From contig JBBCGK010000001.1 in NCBI GenBank assembly GCA_037200965.1, positions 224,001 to 288,000 of the forward strand: a stretch of DNA of 64,000 nt, read 5' to 3'. Position numbers and translations under genes: made by a program. The stretch comes from a bacterium (GTDB lineage Bacteria; Patescibacteriota; Minisyncoccia; Phycocordibacterales; Phycocordibacteraceae). The notes beneath the pieces were generated by a model. The model ran no database searches and had not been told where the DNA came from. It saw only the letters and a program-made list of their open reading frames with translations. Shown here piece after piece: positions 27,574 to 38,704 of the stretch (within the stretch, counting starts at the first letter, position 1; the number at the start of each line of letters is the position of its first letter).

Positions 27574-27888
27574 TTATCCCCTGGCTTTCTCCGAATCAAA
27601 GAGTTCGATCCGCCCGAGAAGCGATCGGAGCTTGAATTTCACGCGCGCATCTTTCGAGGTTCCCGTCTTCACGAGCAGGAACAGGCAGTCGGCGGCAAAC
27701 GCGTCGCTCAACCCCAGAAAACTCCTGCCCAGCTCCTTCTTCGCCATTTGTTCGATGCGGCCTCTCAGTTGCTGAAGATGGCGAACCTCGTCGGGTGTCG
27801 GGTATTTTCTGCGACCCGTATCCGCCCTGATGCTGTAGTAATACTCGCGCACGGATATGCCTTGCTGCACTGCAACTCTCAGTTTCAC
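27574..27888 (-). pseudogene. IS3-family transposase N-terminal fragment (remnant)
   Basis: GISVREYYYSIRA...DEVRHLQQLRGRIEQ resembles the HTH_21 region (GVSRSGYYAWLKR...) of IS3 OrfB; no catalytic DDE region follows. Confidence 0.35.
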
Positions 27889-27974
27889 TGTCGTAGGGTC
27901 CTTTCAGCCCGGGCTAATGCGGACGAAACCGCAAGAACGACCATGGAAAGTATACCATTTTGAAATCAGGTCAG

Positions 27975-28003
27975 AAAAAGCGCCCCTTCGGGGGCGCTTT
28001 TTC
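27975..28003. terminator. bidirectional intrinsic terminator
   Basis: AAAAAGCGCCCC-TTCG-GGGGCGCTTTTT. Confidence 0.6.
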
Positions 28004-28158
28004 TATTTCTTCACCTCCTTAAAGGCGACGTGCTTTCTGATCGTCGGGTCGAACTTCTTGAGCTCAATCTTGCGCTCGACCTTCTTGCGGTTCTTGCGGG
28101 TATAGTACACGAAGTCGGACTTCGAGGACTTGATCTTTATGAGGTGATCCTGAGACAT
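28003..28158 (-). CDS. rpmG: 50S ribosomal protein L33
   Basis: 51-aa ORF MSQDHLIKIKSSKSDFVYYTRKNRKKVERKIELKKFDPTIRKHVAFKEVKK, L33-like (KK[FY][CD]P..RKH); not in ORF track. Confidence 0.7.
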   Translation of the reverse strand: MSQDHLIKIKSSKSDFVYYTRKNRKKVERKIELKKFDPTIRKHVAFKEVKK

Positions 28159-28185
28159 GGCCCAACTCTAGCAAAACCGGCCCGT

Positions 28186-30897
<2,712 letters not shown>

Positions 30898-30930
30898 AGG
30901 TGAATTTCTTATGTATATAGTACGCGCATA

Positions 30931-31701
30931 TTATTCGCTTGTTGCAGAAGTGGAGGTGGCGGTGAGCGCGGCCGTGACTTCCCCGGCGCTCACGTAGAGC
31001 CCCGCGCCGTCGGAAGATATGCCGATAAGGTCGCCGTCCAGATTGACCGCGCCCGAACCGACCGGAGTCGCGGGAAGCGTGGTGTATATCTTGTCGCTGT
31101 CGACGCGCGAAACGATGCCGGTCACGGCGCTGCCGTCAGCCGTGAGCGCGATGACCGTCTCGCCCTGCTTGACGTCGCTTGCGGCGACCCGGACGGGCGC
31201 GGGCGCGTCCGGAAGCGCGGCACTGTCGGCGAACCCGTAGATAGCGACGGTATCGGTCTCGCGGGCAAGCGATACGGCGGCGCTCGACCCGTCGGGGAAA
31301 ACGATCGTGGCTTGCGCCGGGAGATTCTTCGCGCCCGCCGTCACGACCGCGCGCGTCTTTGGAAGATAGGTCCCGATCGCCGCAGGCGCAACGTCGGGAT
31401 TGCGCTCGCGCGCGTCGGTGTCGTATACGCGCACCGTACGCGCCGCTTGCGCGGCTATCGCGGCAACGACGAGATCCTGCTGCTTGTCGACCACGGTGGT
31501 CTGCTTCGTGATCACGCTTGAGGCGCCGGGCGTGACCGTCTGCACGGTCTGCTCGACGATGCGGTTGACCGTCTGGGTAACGATCGGCGGCGCCTGATCG
31601 AGGAGCGACACCGTGAGGATGCCGGTCGCGATCGAGGTTATGAAATTCACGAGAATCGTGAGGAGGAGGAGCTGGGACTTGTTCAGGTCTTCTATATTCA
31701 T
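30931..31701 (-). CDS. membrane-anchored trypsin-like (S1C-like) domain protein
   Basis: start at Met75 (MNIEDL...), TM helix, C-terminal PVGSGAVNLDGDLIGIS resembles HtrA GNSGGPL...G..IGI region. Confidence 0.4.
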   Translation of the reverse strand: MNIEDLNKSQLLLLTILVNFITSIATGILTVSLLDQAPPIVTQTVNRIVEQTVQTVTPGASSVITKQTTVVDKQQDLVVAAIAAQAARTVRVYDTDARERNPDVAPAAIGTYLPKTRAVVTAGAKNLPAQATIVFPDGSSAAVSLARETDTVAIYGFADSAALPDAPAPVRVAASDVKQGETVIALTADGSAVTGIVSRVDSDKIYTTLPATPVGSGAVNLDGDLIGISSDGAGLYVSAGEVTAALTATSTSATSE

Positions 31702-31705
31702 AGAG

Positions 31706-32881
31706 CTATAGTATAGCGCTTTTGGCGGCGTCGAGAAAGCGCACGGCCTCGCGAAGCGCCCCGGCAAACCGCCTGAGTTCCGGATCGCTGGTTGACGGTC
31801 CCCAGGAGACCCGCAGCGTCGACTTCGCACGCTCGGTGTCGCCGGTAAGAACAAAAACCGCCCGGGATCCTTCGGTGCTGTTTGTTTCGCACGCGCTTCT
31901 CGTCGAGACCGCGAATCCCGCATGGTCGAGAAGCGCGATGAGATAATCGGTGTCGCGCCCAGGAAGCGACACGTTCAGTATGTTCGGAACGGTTGCCGCC
32001 CCAGTGTTCATGACAAGGCCCGGAATCCCCCTGATCTCGGAAATGAGGTCCTGTTTCGCGCGCAGCGCCCGGCCGCCAAACGCTTCCCTTCCCTCTTTTG
32101 CCTCCTCAAGCGCGGCGGCAAAACTTGCGGCAAGCGCCGGGCTTTCGGTCCCCGGCCGGAGCCCCCGCTCCTGCCCTCCGCCGCTCATGACCGCCGAGAG
32201 CGGAAGCGTCCGGTGCGCGATAAGCGCGCCGATGCCGCGCATGCCGCCGACCTTCGACGCGTCAAGCGTCACGATATCCGCATTGAAGTGCGCACGGGAG
32301 AATTTCTGCGTAAGCGGAGCCTGCGTCGCATCGACATGAAGCAGCGTACGGGTACCCTTGCACGCCTCGGCGACTTCCCGCGTATTCCAGACCGTTCCCG
32401 TTTCGCCGCATACCGCGTCCATGGAAATAAGCGAGGCTTCTTGGGTAAGCATCGGTGCGAGCGCTTCGATCTCGATCCTGCCGTTCCTGACCGGAAGTTC
32501 TTCGACACGAATCCATTCGTCCCGCAATATCTGCATGGTCCCGGCGATCGAGGCGTGGGACGACGGCAGGTACAGAAAACGGATACTTTCCGGCTTCCTT
32601 CCGGAACGGATGAGCGAGCACGCATGCCCTACGATCGCAAGCGCGTTCGCCTCGGTCGCTCCGGAAGTGAATACCACGTCGTCCGCCTTCACTTCCATAA
32701 GCCGGGCGATCTTCGTGCGAGCGGCTTCGAGTATGTCTTTCGCGGCCCGTCCTTCCGCGTGCGGCGAGGACGGATTGCCGTATGCCTTCCTGGCGCGCAT
32801 ATACGCGCGCGCAGCCGCGTCCGAAACCGGCGCGGCTGCGGCCCAGTCGAGATACGCGCGCTTTTTGGAGAATAAGCCCAT
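31706..32881 (-). CDS. cysteine desulfurase (aminotransferase class V, NifS/IscS-like)
   Basis: PLP-fold pattern, conserved Lys region, C-terminal catalytic Cys loop (SACETNSTEGS); start trimmed to Met43. Confidence 0.8.
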   Translation of the reverse strand: MGLFSKKRAYLDWAAAAPVSDAAARAYMRARKAYGNPSSPHAEGRAAKDILEAARTKIARLMEVKADDVVFTSGATEANALAIVGHACSLIRSGRKPESIRFLYLPSSHASIAGTMQILRDEWIRVEELPVRNGRIEIEALAPMLTQEASLISMDAVCGETGTVWNTREVAEACKGTRTLLHVDATQAPLTQKFSRAHFNADIVTLDASKVGGMRGIGALIAHRTLPLSAVMSGGGQERGLRPGTESPALAASFAAALEEAKEGREAFGGRALRAKQDLISEIRGIPGLVMNTGAATVPNILNVSLPGRDTDYLIALLDHAGFAVSTRSACETNSTEGSRAVFVLTGDTERAKSTLRVSWGPSTSDPELRRFAGALREAVRFLDAAKSAIL

Positions 32882-32930
32882 GCGTAGGTTGTAGCACGGA
32901 GCTTCGCGCGATTGCAATCGGCCTCTTTTC

Positions 32931-34424
32931 GTGATGTACTCTAACCCTATGGCAAGCGCTCCCCGCCCCCCGATCGTCGCCGTAATGGGACATATCGACC
33001 ACGGCAAATCTTCCCTTCTGGACTACATCCGGAAATCGAATGTCGTTGCCGGCGAAGCGGGCGGCATTACCCAGCACGTCTCCGCGTACGAAGCGGTGCA
33101 TGAGCACGAGGGCAAACCCCGCGCGATCACCTTCCTCGATACGCCGGGACACGAGGCGTTCAAGGTGCTCCGCGCGCGCGGCGCGGCCGCGGCGGACGTC
33201 GCGATACTCGTCGTCGCCGCGGACGAAGGCGTGAAACCGCAGACGCTCGACGCGCTTGCGGCGATACGCGAGGCGCAGACGCCGTTCGTCGTGGCGTTCA
33301 CGAAAATAGACAAAAACGGCGCGAACGTGGAGACCGCGAAGCATTCGCTTCTCGAGCACGAGGTATATCTCGAGGGCTTCGGCGGCGAAGTGCCGTTCGC
33401 GGCGGTCTCCTCGAAAACCGGCGAGGGCGTGCCCGAACTCCTCGACCTCGTCCTTCTCACGGCCGATCTCGCGGGACTTTCCGCGGACGCTTTCCTTCCC
33501 GCAGAAGGTTTCGTACTCGAGTCTTCGCAAGACCCCAAGCGCGGCCTTTCCGCAACGCTCATCGTTAAGGACGGTACGCTCTCGACCGGACAGTTCGTCG
33601 TCGCGGGAACCGCCTTCGCTCCCGTCCGCTTCATCGAGAACTTCCTCGGGAAACGGATCGATACCGCGGGTCCCTCCCAGCCGATACGCGTTTCCGGATT
33701 CAATTCCCTTCCCCCGGCCGGAACGCCTTTCAAGAGCGTCCAGAGCAAGAAAGAAGCGGAACAGCTTGCCGCGAAAGGCGTCACGCCCGCCAAGGCACAG
33801 CTCGCGCGCACCGGCGCGAACTCCGCGGAACTCCCGCTTATCATCAAAGCCGACGTAACAGGCAGTATCGAGGCGATCAGGCACGAGCTTTCGAAAGTAA
33901 CGCATGAGCGGGCGAATATCGTGCTCCTCTTCGCGGATGTCGGGGCCGTCGGCGAAAGCGACGTGAAGAGCGCGATAGCTTCGAAAGGAACCGTCATCGC
34001 GTTCAACGTTCCGGTCGACGCGGGGGCGCGGGAACTCGCCCTTCGCACGGGCATAGCGATAGAGAGTTTTTCCATAATCTACGATCTTGGCATGCGCATC
34101 CAGGACCTTCTTACGACCCGCGCGCCGCGCGTGACGAAGGAAGAGGAGCGCGGCACGGCGAAAGTGCTCCGCACGTTCAGCTCTTCCTCGCACAAGCAGG
34201 TGCTTGGGGTGAAGCTCGAGAGCGGCGCCTTCGCGGTTGGCGGGCTTGTTAAAATGCTCCGCCGGGATATCGAGCTCGGGCGCGGAAAGATATCGAACCT
34301 CCAGCAGGCCAGGGCCGATGTGAAGGAAATCCGCACGGAGGGAGATTTCGGCATCGAGATCGATTCGAAGACGGAAGCGGCGCCGGGCGACACCATCGTC
34401 ACGTACGAGATGGTCGAATCATAG
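32931..34424 (+). CDS. infB: translation initiation factor IF-2 (short form)
   Basis: G domain AVMGHIDHGKSSLLD, DTPGHEAF, TKIDK; 497 aa lacking long N-terminal extension. Confidence 0.9.
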   Translation: MMYSNPMASAPRPPIVAVMGHIDHGKSSLLDYIRKSNVVAGEAGGITQHVSAYEAVHEHEGKPRAITFLDTPGHEAFKVLRARGAAAADVAILVVAADEGVKPQTLDALAAIREAQTPFVVAFTKIDKNGANVETAKHSLLEHEVYLEGFGGEVPFAAVSSKTGEGVPELLDLVLLTADLAGLSADAFLPAEGFVLESSQDPKRGLSATLIVKDGTLSTGQFVVAGTAFAPVRFIENFLGKRIDTAGPSQPIRVSGFNSLPPAGTPFKSVQSKKEAEQLAAKGVTPAKAQLARTGANSAELPLIIKADVTGSIEAIRHELSKVTHERANIVLLFADVGAVGESDVKSAIASKGTVIAFNVPVDAGARELALRTGIAIESFSIIYDLGMRIQDLLTTRAPRVTKEEERGTAKVLRTFSSSSHKQVLGVKLESGAFAVGGLVKMLRRDIELGRGKISNLQQARADVKEIRTEGDFGIEIDSKTEAAPGDTIVTYEMVES

Positions 34425-34426
34425 CC

Positions 34427-34750
34427 ATGAGCTTCAAAGTCGACCGCACTGCTTCCGAACTCACGCACCTCGCGGGCGCCTTCATCGCGGAAAACGCGAA
34501 CCGCGACACGCTCATCACGCCCACGCGCGCCGAATTGGGCTCCGACCTTAAGAACGCGACGGTGCTCGTGACCGTCTATCCCTACGAAAAGACTCCGCAA
34601 GCGCTCGCATTCCTTAACCGCAATCTCCGGGAATTCCGCCAGTTTCTCAAGGACAAGGGACATCTGACCGTTCTGCCGAACGTTTCCTTCGTAGAGGACG
34701 AAGGCGAGAAGAACCGCCAGCGCTTGGACGAGCTTTTCCGCGGCACCTAG
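34427..34750 (+). CDS. rbfA: ribosome-binding factor A
   Basis: 107 aa, RbfA-like pattern, immediately after infB as in many bacteria. Confidence 0.75.
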   Translation: MSFKVDRTASELTHLAGAFIAENANRDTLITPTRAELGSDLKNATVLVTVYPYEKTPQALAFLNRNLREFRQFLKDKGHLTVLPNVSFVEDEGEKNRQRLDELFRGT

Positions 34751-34784
34751 CTCAAGGCGCGCGGGCGCGCTAGTATGCAGAAAC

Positions 34785-34856
34785 GGCCCGGTGGTGAAGG
34801 GGTAACACGACGATCTGCAAAATCGTTATGCGCGGGTTCGAGTCCCGCCCGGGCCT
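34785..34856 (+). tRNA. tRNA-Cys (anticodon GCA)
   Basis: acceptor GGCCCGG/CCGGGCC, anticodon arm ACGAT-CTGCAAA-ATCGT, T-arm GCGGG-TTCGAGT-CCCGC, discriminator U. Confidence 0.8.
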
Positions 34857-34869
34857 CAAGTCGTATCAT

Positions 34870-34958
34870 GCCGAGGTGGCGGAATGGTAGACGCACTTCG
34901 CTTAAAACGAAGAGAGGACCTAAAAACCCTCATGTGAGTTCGAGTCTCACCCTCGGCA
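34870..34958 (+). tRNA. tRNA-Leu (anticodon TAA), long variable arm
   Basis: acceptor GCCGAGG/CCTCGGC, anticodon arm CTTCG-CTTAAAA-CGAAG, T-arm GTGAG-TTCGAGT-CTCAC; variable region about 21 nt with an unusually large loop. Confidence 0.7.
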
Positions 34959-35002
34959 CAGAAATCAGAAACTCCCGCATGCGCGGGAGTTTCTGATTTC
35001 TG
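34959..35002. other. perfect 20-bp hairpin between convergent tRNA genes
   Basis: CAGAAATCAGAAACTCCCGC-ATG-GCGGGAGTTTCTGATTTCTG; abuts tRNA-Leu(TAA) 3' end and the tRNA-Lys 3' end. Confidence 0.7.
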
Positions 35003-35075
35003 TGCGCCTACCTGGGCTCGAACCAGGGACCGTCTCCTTAAGAGGGAGCTGCTCTACCAGCTGAGCTATAGGCGC
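35003..35075 (-). tRNA. tRNA-Lys (anticodon CTT)
   Basis: reverse complement gives GCGCCTA-TA-GCTCAGCTGGTAGAGC-A-GCTCC-CTCTTAA-GGAGA-CGGTC-CCTGG-TTCGAGC-CCAGG-TAGGCGC-A; one G.A mismatch in anticodon stem. Confidence 0.75.
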
Positions 35076-35141
35076 GTCACCGAATCGTAGCAAACGGCGA
35101 TCGTTTTTCAAAGCGAAGTACGGTAGCATCAGCTGGTGCGC

Positions 35142-35223
35142 GCCGGGGTGGTGAAACTGGTAGACACACTAGCCTTAGGAGCTAGCCCTTCACAGGATGG
35201 AGGTTCGAGTCCTCTCCCCGGCA
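35142..35223 (+). tRNA. tRNA-Leu (anticodon TAG)
   Basis: acceptor GCCGGGG/CCCCGGC, anticodon arm CTAGC-CTTAGGA-GCTAG, 13-nt variable arm, T-arm GGAGG-TTCGAGT-CCTCT. Confidence 0.75.
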
Positions 35224-35329
35224 CAACAGCTCGTCCCGCGGCCGTTTTCACGGCATCTTGACTTTTCCTACGATTCCTGTATATTGGTACGCAGTACCAA
35301 ATTGAACCTTGTCAGGAAAGGGCAAACTG

Positions 35330-36337
35330 ATGAAACATGACATCAGCTCTAGCGACAGCATTAGAACTGGACTGTGGGTATCACTTCTTGCGGGACTTGT
35401 TGCCGCACTGATCGTCTACTGGGCACTTGATGATTTTGGCCCCTATATCGCAGGTGCAGGAGCTTGTGCAGCCCTCGGCATGGTAGCTGGAACGCTCAAT
35501 AAGTCGGGCTATCTCGGCTATACCCCTCCCGGGGAAGTCGGCGCAGACACGATAAACGGTGAACTGACCGGCAGGATTCGCGGGCCAGGTTATCCGTGGG
35601 CAATTCCCGGTCTTGGCGGCCAAATCCCCCTGAACGTTCAGGAGCGTAAGATTTCACCGCGTATCTTTACCGAACTCGTCGGAAAAGTACCGGTAGAAGT
35701 TGAGCTTTTGAGTACAGGCCGGATCGTCGATGCACGGAAGCACTTCCAGGCGCAACAATCTGAAGATATCCTGCTGCCCGAGTTCATCGAAACGCAGGCG
35801 CGAGCCTTCATGGGCCCGTGGAAAGACGCCGGTGGCGTAATCCTGCAGAAGGATCTGGTTGCCGAATATCTCGGGCTCCCGGCAAAGGCAGATGATCGCG
35901 GCGAACATTCGAAGCTCGAGGCAAAACTCCTCGAGTGCACTGTCGTTACCGAAGAGGACGACACGCCCGATTTGCCAAAAAGCGCCGTCAGGACGCTTAT
36001 GGCGAACGCGGGCAAAGTGCGCGAACAAGCCGCGAAATGGGGCCTCGAAATCGGCGTGATGCAAACCAGGCATTTCGACCTTCCGCAAAGCCTGAAAGAC
36101 ATCGGCGCGCTCGCGCTTATCAACATCAAGCGCGGGGAGATGATCGAGGAACTCAAGAAGCACAAGGGTATCCCCGAGCAAGATATTCTCAACTCCGTCG
36201 ACATGCTGATGAAGCTGCCGATCACAAAATCGGTCTCGGACATCCAGATCCGCGATCTCGACGCAGTGGCGGCGCACTTCGGCAAAGCAATCGCCGAATT
36301 GCTCTTCCGCTACATCAAAAACACAGGAGGCAAATAA
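35330..36337 (+). CDS. membrane protein with possible SPFH/band-7-like domain
   Basis: N-terminal TM helices, PGYPWAIPGLGGQIPLNVQERKISPRIF resembles the SPFH core; weak. Confidence 0.35.
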   Translation: MKHDISSSDSIRTGLWVSLLAGLVAALIVYWALDDFGPYIAGAGACAALGMVAGTLNKSGYLGYTPPGEVGADTINGELTGRIRGPGYPWAIPGLGGQIPLNVQERKISPRIFTELVGKVPVEVELLSTGRIVDARKHFQAQQSEDILLPEFIETQARAFMGPWKDAGGVILQKDLVAEYLGLPAKADDRGEHSKLEAKLLECTVVTEEDDTPDLPKSAVRTLMANAGKVREQAAKWGLEIGVMQTRHFDLPQSLKDIGALALINIKRGEMIEELKKHKGIPEQDILNSVDMLMKLPITKSVSDIQIRDLDAVAAHFGKAIAELLFRYIKNTGGK

Positions 36338-36819
36338 TGGCTACAGCCACCACAGCAACGACAACATCCGGAACTCAAGCGAGCGATGGACAAAATCGCG
36401 GACTCCCACCCAAAGAACTCTGGCCGCGCGTTCTGAAGTGGGGCGGCCTCGGAATCGCAGCGATCATACTGATCGCTGGAGCTAAAAGTCTTTATGCTGA
36501 TCATAAGACTCAGGAACAATCACGCCAAGCCGAAGCCGCCGTCCTTGTCTGCCCGCCCGCAAACGCAAGTTTGCAGCAATGCAGGATGCTCGTCGGAACG
36601 GTGAATAAGATCGACACGAGCGCATGCTCCACGGTCGAATTCCGGCCGATACCGAAGCCGGAATACGCCAAGGCGGAGTATCTTCCCGCCGGTCTCCGTG
36701 ACGTCCGGCAAAACTATCAGCGCTGGACGGGAACGGAAGATCTCCCGGCTCATATCGACGCCTGGCGGATCGAGCCCACTGCGGGCGAAATCCCCCAAGG
36801 CTACCAGTGCCTCAACTAG
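36337..36819 (+). CDS. hypothetical membrane-anchored protein
   Basis: strong AGGAGG RBS, Thr-rich N-terminus, one TM helix, 4 Cys. Confidence 0.4.
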   Translation: MATATTATTTSGTQASDGQNRGLPPKELWPRVLKWGGLGIAAIILIAGAKSLYADHKTQEQSRQAEAAVLVCPPANASLQQCRMLVGTVNKIDTSACSTVEFRPIPKPEYAKAEYLPAGLRDVRQNYQRWTGTEDLPAHIDAWRIEPTAGEIPQGYQCLN

Positions 36820-36843
36820 CAGCACGTACCGCTGTCAACTTAT

Positions 36844-36882
36844 ACAACCCCCTCTCCTTTGCAGGAGCCCGGGGGTTGTTTC
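36844..36882. terminator. intrinsic terminator candidate
   Basis: CAACCCCC...CCCGGGGGTTG stem followed by TTTCTT. Confidence 0.4.
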
Positions 36883-36901
36883 TTAATCCGCATCCCGCCC
36901 G

Positions 36902-37177
36902 CTAGGATGTAAACTTCGGTACCGACGGAATGCCGAACGTGCCCGTAATGACGCCCAATATGCCAAACACGCCGAAAATGATGACGAGGCCGACCAAGCC
37001 CCAGAGAATGGAACTCCTTCCCTCTTCCCGCGCGGTCTCGTCCCCGGCATTCGCAACGAACTTGAAGACGCCCCAGAGGAAGATGAGAAATGCCGCCGCA
37101 GCGATAAGCATGAGGAGCGGATTCACGATCTGCACCACGACGGTCTTGAGGAAATTATTCAATACGTCCATAGGCAT
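36902..37177 (-). CDS. T4SS-type (TrbC/VirB2-like) small two-TM pilin family protein, paralog 1
   Basis: TM - GDETAREEGR loop - TM - GILGVITG; member of tandem array. Confidence 0.55.
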   Translation of the reverse strand: MPMDVLNNFLKTVVVQIVNPLLMLIAAAAFLIFLWGVFKFVANAGDETAREEGRSSILWGLVGLVIIFGVFGILGVITGTFGIPSVPKFTS

Positions 37178-37185
37178 AAGAATAA

Positions 37186-37222
37186 CACAAAGCCCCGGCC
37201 AGCGGCCGGGGCTTTGTGTTAA
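37186..37222. terminator. bidirectional hairpin between pilin paralogs
   Basis: CACAAAGCCCCGGCC-AGC-GGCCGGGGCTTTGTG. Confidence 0.45.
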
Positions 37223-37236
37223 AACGCCGGGAGAAA

Positions 37237-37590
37237 CTAGAAGTCTGCCTGCGGAAGCGGAGGCGTCGCGTTATTGGTCGAGAAGGTACCTACGAGGATA
37301 TTCACGAGGCCCCAGATCGAGACCATAACGAAGAAGCCGATAAGGCCGTAGAGCATGAGTTTCTTGCCCTTTTCCTTCGCGTCTTCGTCGTTCGCCCCGA
37401 TGATGAAGACCTGGAAAGCGCCCCAGATGAAGACGATGAAGGCGACGGCAAAGAGCACCGGCACCAGGACGTTATTGATGATATTGATGACCGTGGTACC
37501 CACATCGGATACGCTTGAGATAGTGGCGGCACCGGCAAGGAGCGGCGTCAAAAGTGCGATTGCGGCAAACGGCGCGAGGTATTTCTTCAT
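37237..37590 (-). CDS. pilin-like two-TM protein, paralog 2 (signal peptide + core)
   Basis: signal peptide, core VLVPVLFAVAFIVFIWGAFQVFIIGANDEDAKEKGKKLMLYGLIGFFVMVSIWGLVNIL. Confidence 0.6.
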   Translation of the reverse strand: MKKYLAPFAAIALLTPLLAGAATISSVSDVGTTVINIINNVLVPVLFAVAFIVFIWGAFQVFIIGANDEDAKEKGKKLMLYGLIGFFVMVSIWGLVNILVGTFSTNNATPPLPQADF

Positions 37591-37699
37591 AATGGTGATA
37601 TTCGTATAATGGCTCCCCGGCGTTGAGCGGAGTTCCCCTTATTCTAGCTTGCCTTCGCCCCAGGGCAAGCCGCGTCCCTGATTCGTGTGGATAAGAACC

Positions 37700-38122
37700 T
37701 TAAAGGGTCGGGTAGTCGGGCCGCGCGTATCCTCCAAGGCCGAGCGTATTGGAGAGGATATTGACCAGGCCCCACAGCGAGAACATCACCACGAAACCGA
37801 TCAGCCCCCAGAGGATGAACTGCCTTCCTTCCTTGCGCTTGTCCTCGTCCGCACCGCCCACGATGAAGTAGTTGAAGACGCCCCAGAGGAATACAAGGAA
37901 GGCGATGGTAAACAGGATGGGTACGAGAATATTGTTGATGACCACGAGCACAAGATCGCCGTAGTGGCCGAAGGCGCCCGCATTAACAACCGACACCGTC
38001 GGCCCCGGGCTTATCTGCGGAGTCCCGTCTCCCGTGACAGGATCGATCGCCGCAGCCGCATAGGAACAAAGCGGCGCCCCAAGAACCAGAAGCGCGATCA
38101 GGAAAGGAAGATATCGTTTCAT
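37700..38122 (-). CDS. pilin-like two-TM protein, paralog 3
   Basis: signal peptide, core ILVPILFTIAFLVFLWGVFNYFIVGGADEDKRKEGRQFILWGLIGFVVMFSLWGLVNIL. Confidence 0.6.
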   Translation of the reverse strand: MKRYLPFLIALLVLGAPLCSYAAAAIDPVTGDGTPQISPGPTVSVVNAGAFGHYGDLVLVVINNILVPILFTIAFLVFLWGVFNYFIVGGADEDKRKEGRQFILWGLIGFVVMFSLWGLVNILSNTLGLGGYARPDYPTL

Positions 38123-38128
38123 ACGGGA

Positions 38129-38446
38129 TTAATAAGAAGTCGGATAAGCCGGATGGCGGTACCCGCCAAGATCGAACGTGTTAACGAGTATGTTGACCAG
38201 CCCCCATACCGAAAGCATGACGAAGAATCCGACGAGGCCGTACAGGATATACGTGCGGCCCGTCTCGCGTTTCGTTTCGTCGTCCGCGCCCAGTATGAAG
38301 TATTGGAAGACGCCCCAGATGAAGACGATGAAGGCGACGGCGAAAACGAGGGGAACGGCGACATTGTTGATGAGGCCGAGAATAGTACCGGCGATGCCCT
38401 GGAGGTTGCCGCAGTTTCCTACGCACAGCGAGAATGAGAATCCCAT
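38129..38446 (-). CDS. pilin-like two-TM protein, paralog 4
   Basis: core VAVPLVFAVAFIVFIWGVFQYFILGADDETKRETGRTYILYGLVGFFVMLSVWGLVNIL. Confidence 0.6.
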   Translation of the reverse strand: MGFSFSLCVGNCGNLQGIAGTILGLINNVAVPLVFAVAFIVFIWGVFQYFILGADDETKRETGRTYILYGLVGFFVMLSVWGLVNILVNTFDLGGYRHPAYPTSY

Positions 38447-38457
38447 ATGGTTTAGTA

Positions 38458-38703
38458 TTATAGCGCGATTATGCTAAGGCCGATGCGTATCAATCCCCAG
38501 ACCCCGAACATGACCACAAGCCCGATCAGCCCCCAGAGGATGAACTGCCTTCCTTCCTTGCGCTTGTCCTCGTCCGCGCCGCCCACGATGAAGTAGTTGA
38601 AGACGCCCCAGAGGAATGCGAATCCCGCAAGCGCAAAGACGACAGGAATGACAATCCCGCCTATGATGGCTACGATCGAATTGACGAGTTCGGCAAAGGT
38701 CAT
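38458..38703 (-). CDS. pilin-like two-TM protein, paralog 5
   Basis: start at internal Met (MTFAELV...); core identical over about 32 aa to paralog 3 and shares a 95-nt near-identical DNA stretch with it. Confidence 0.55.
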   Translation of the reverse strand: MTFAELVNSIVAIIGGIVIPVVFALAGFAFLWGVFNYFIVGGADEDKRKEGRQFILWGLIGLVVMFGVWGLIRIGLSIIAL

Positions 38704-38704
38704 A

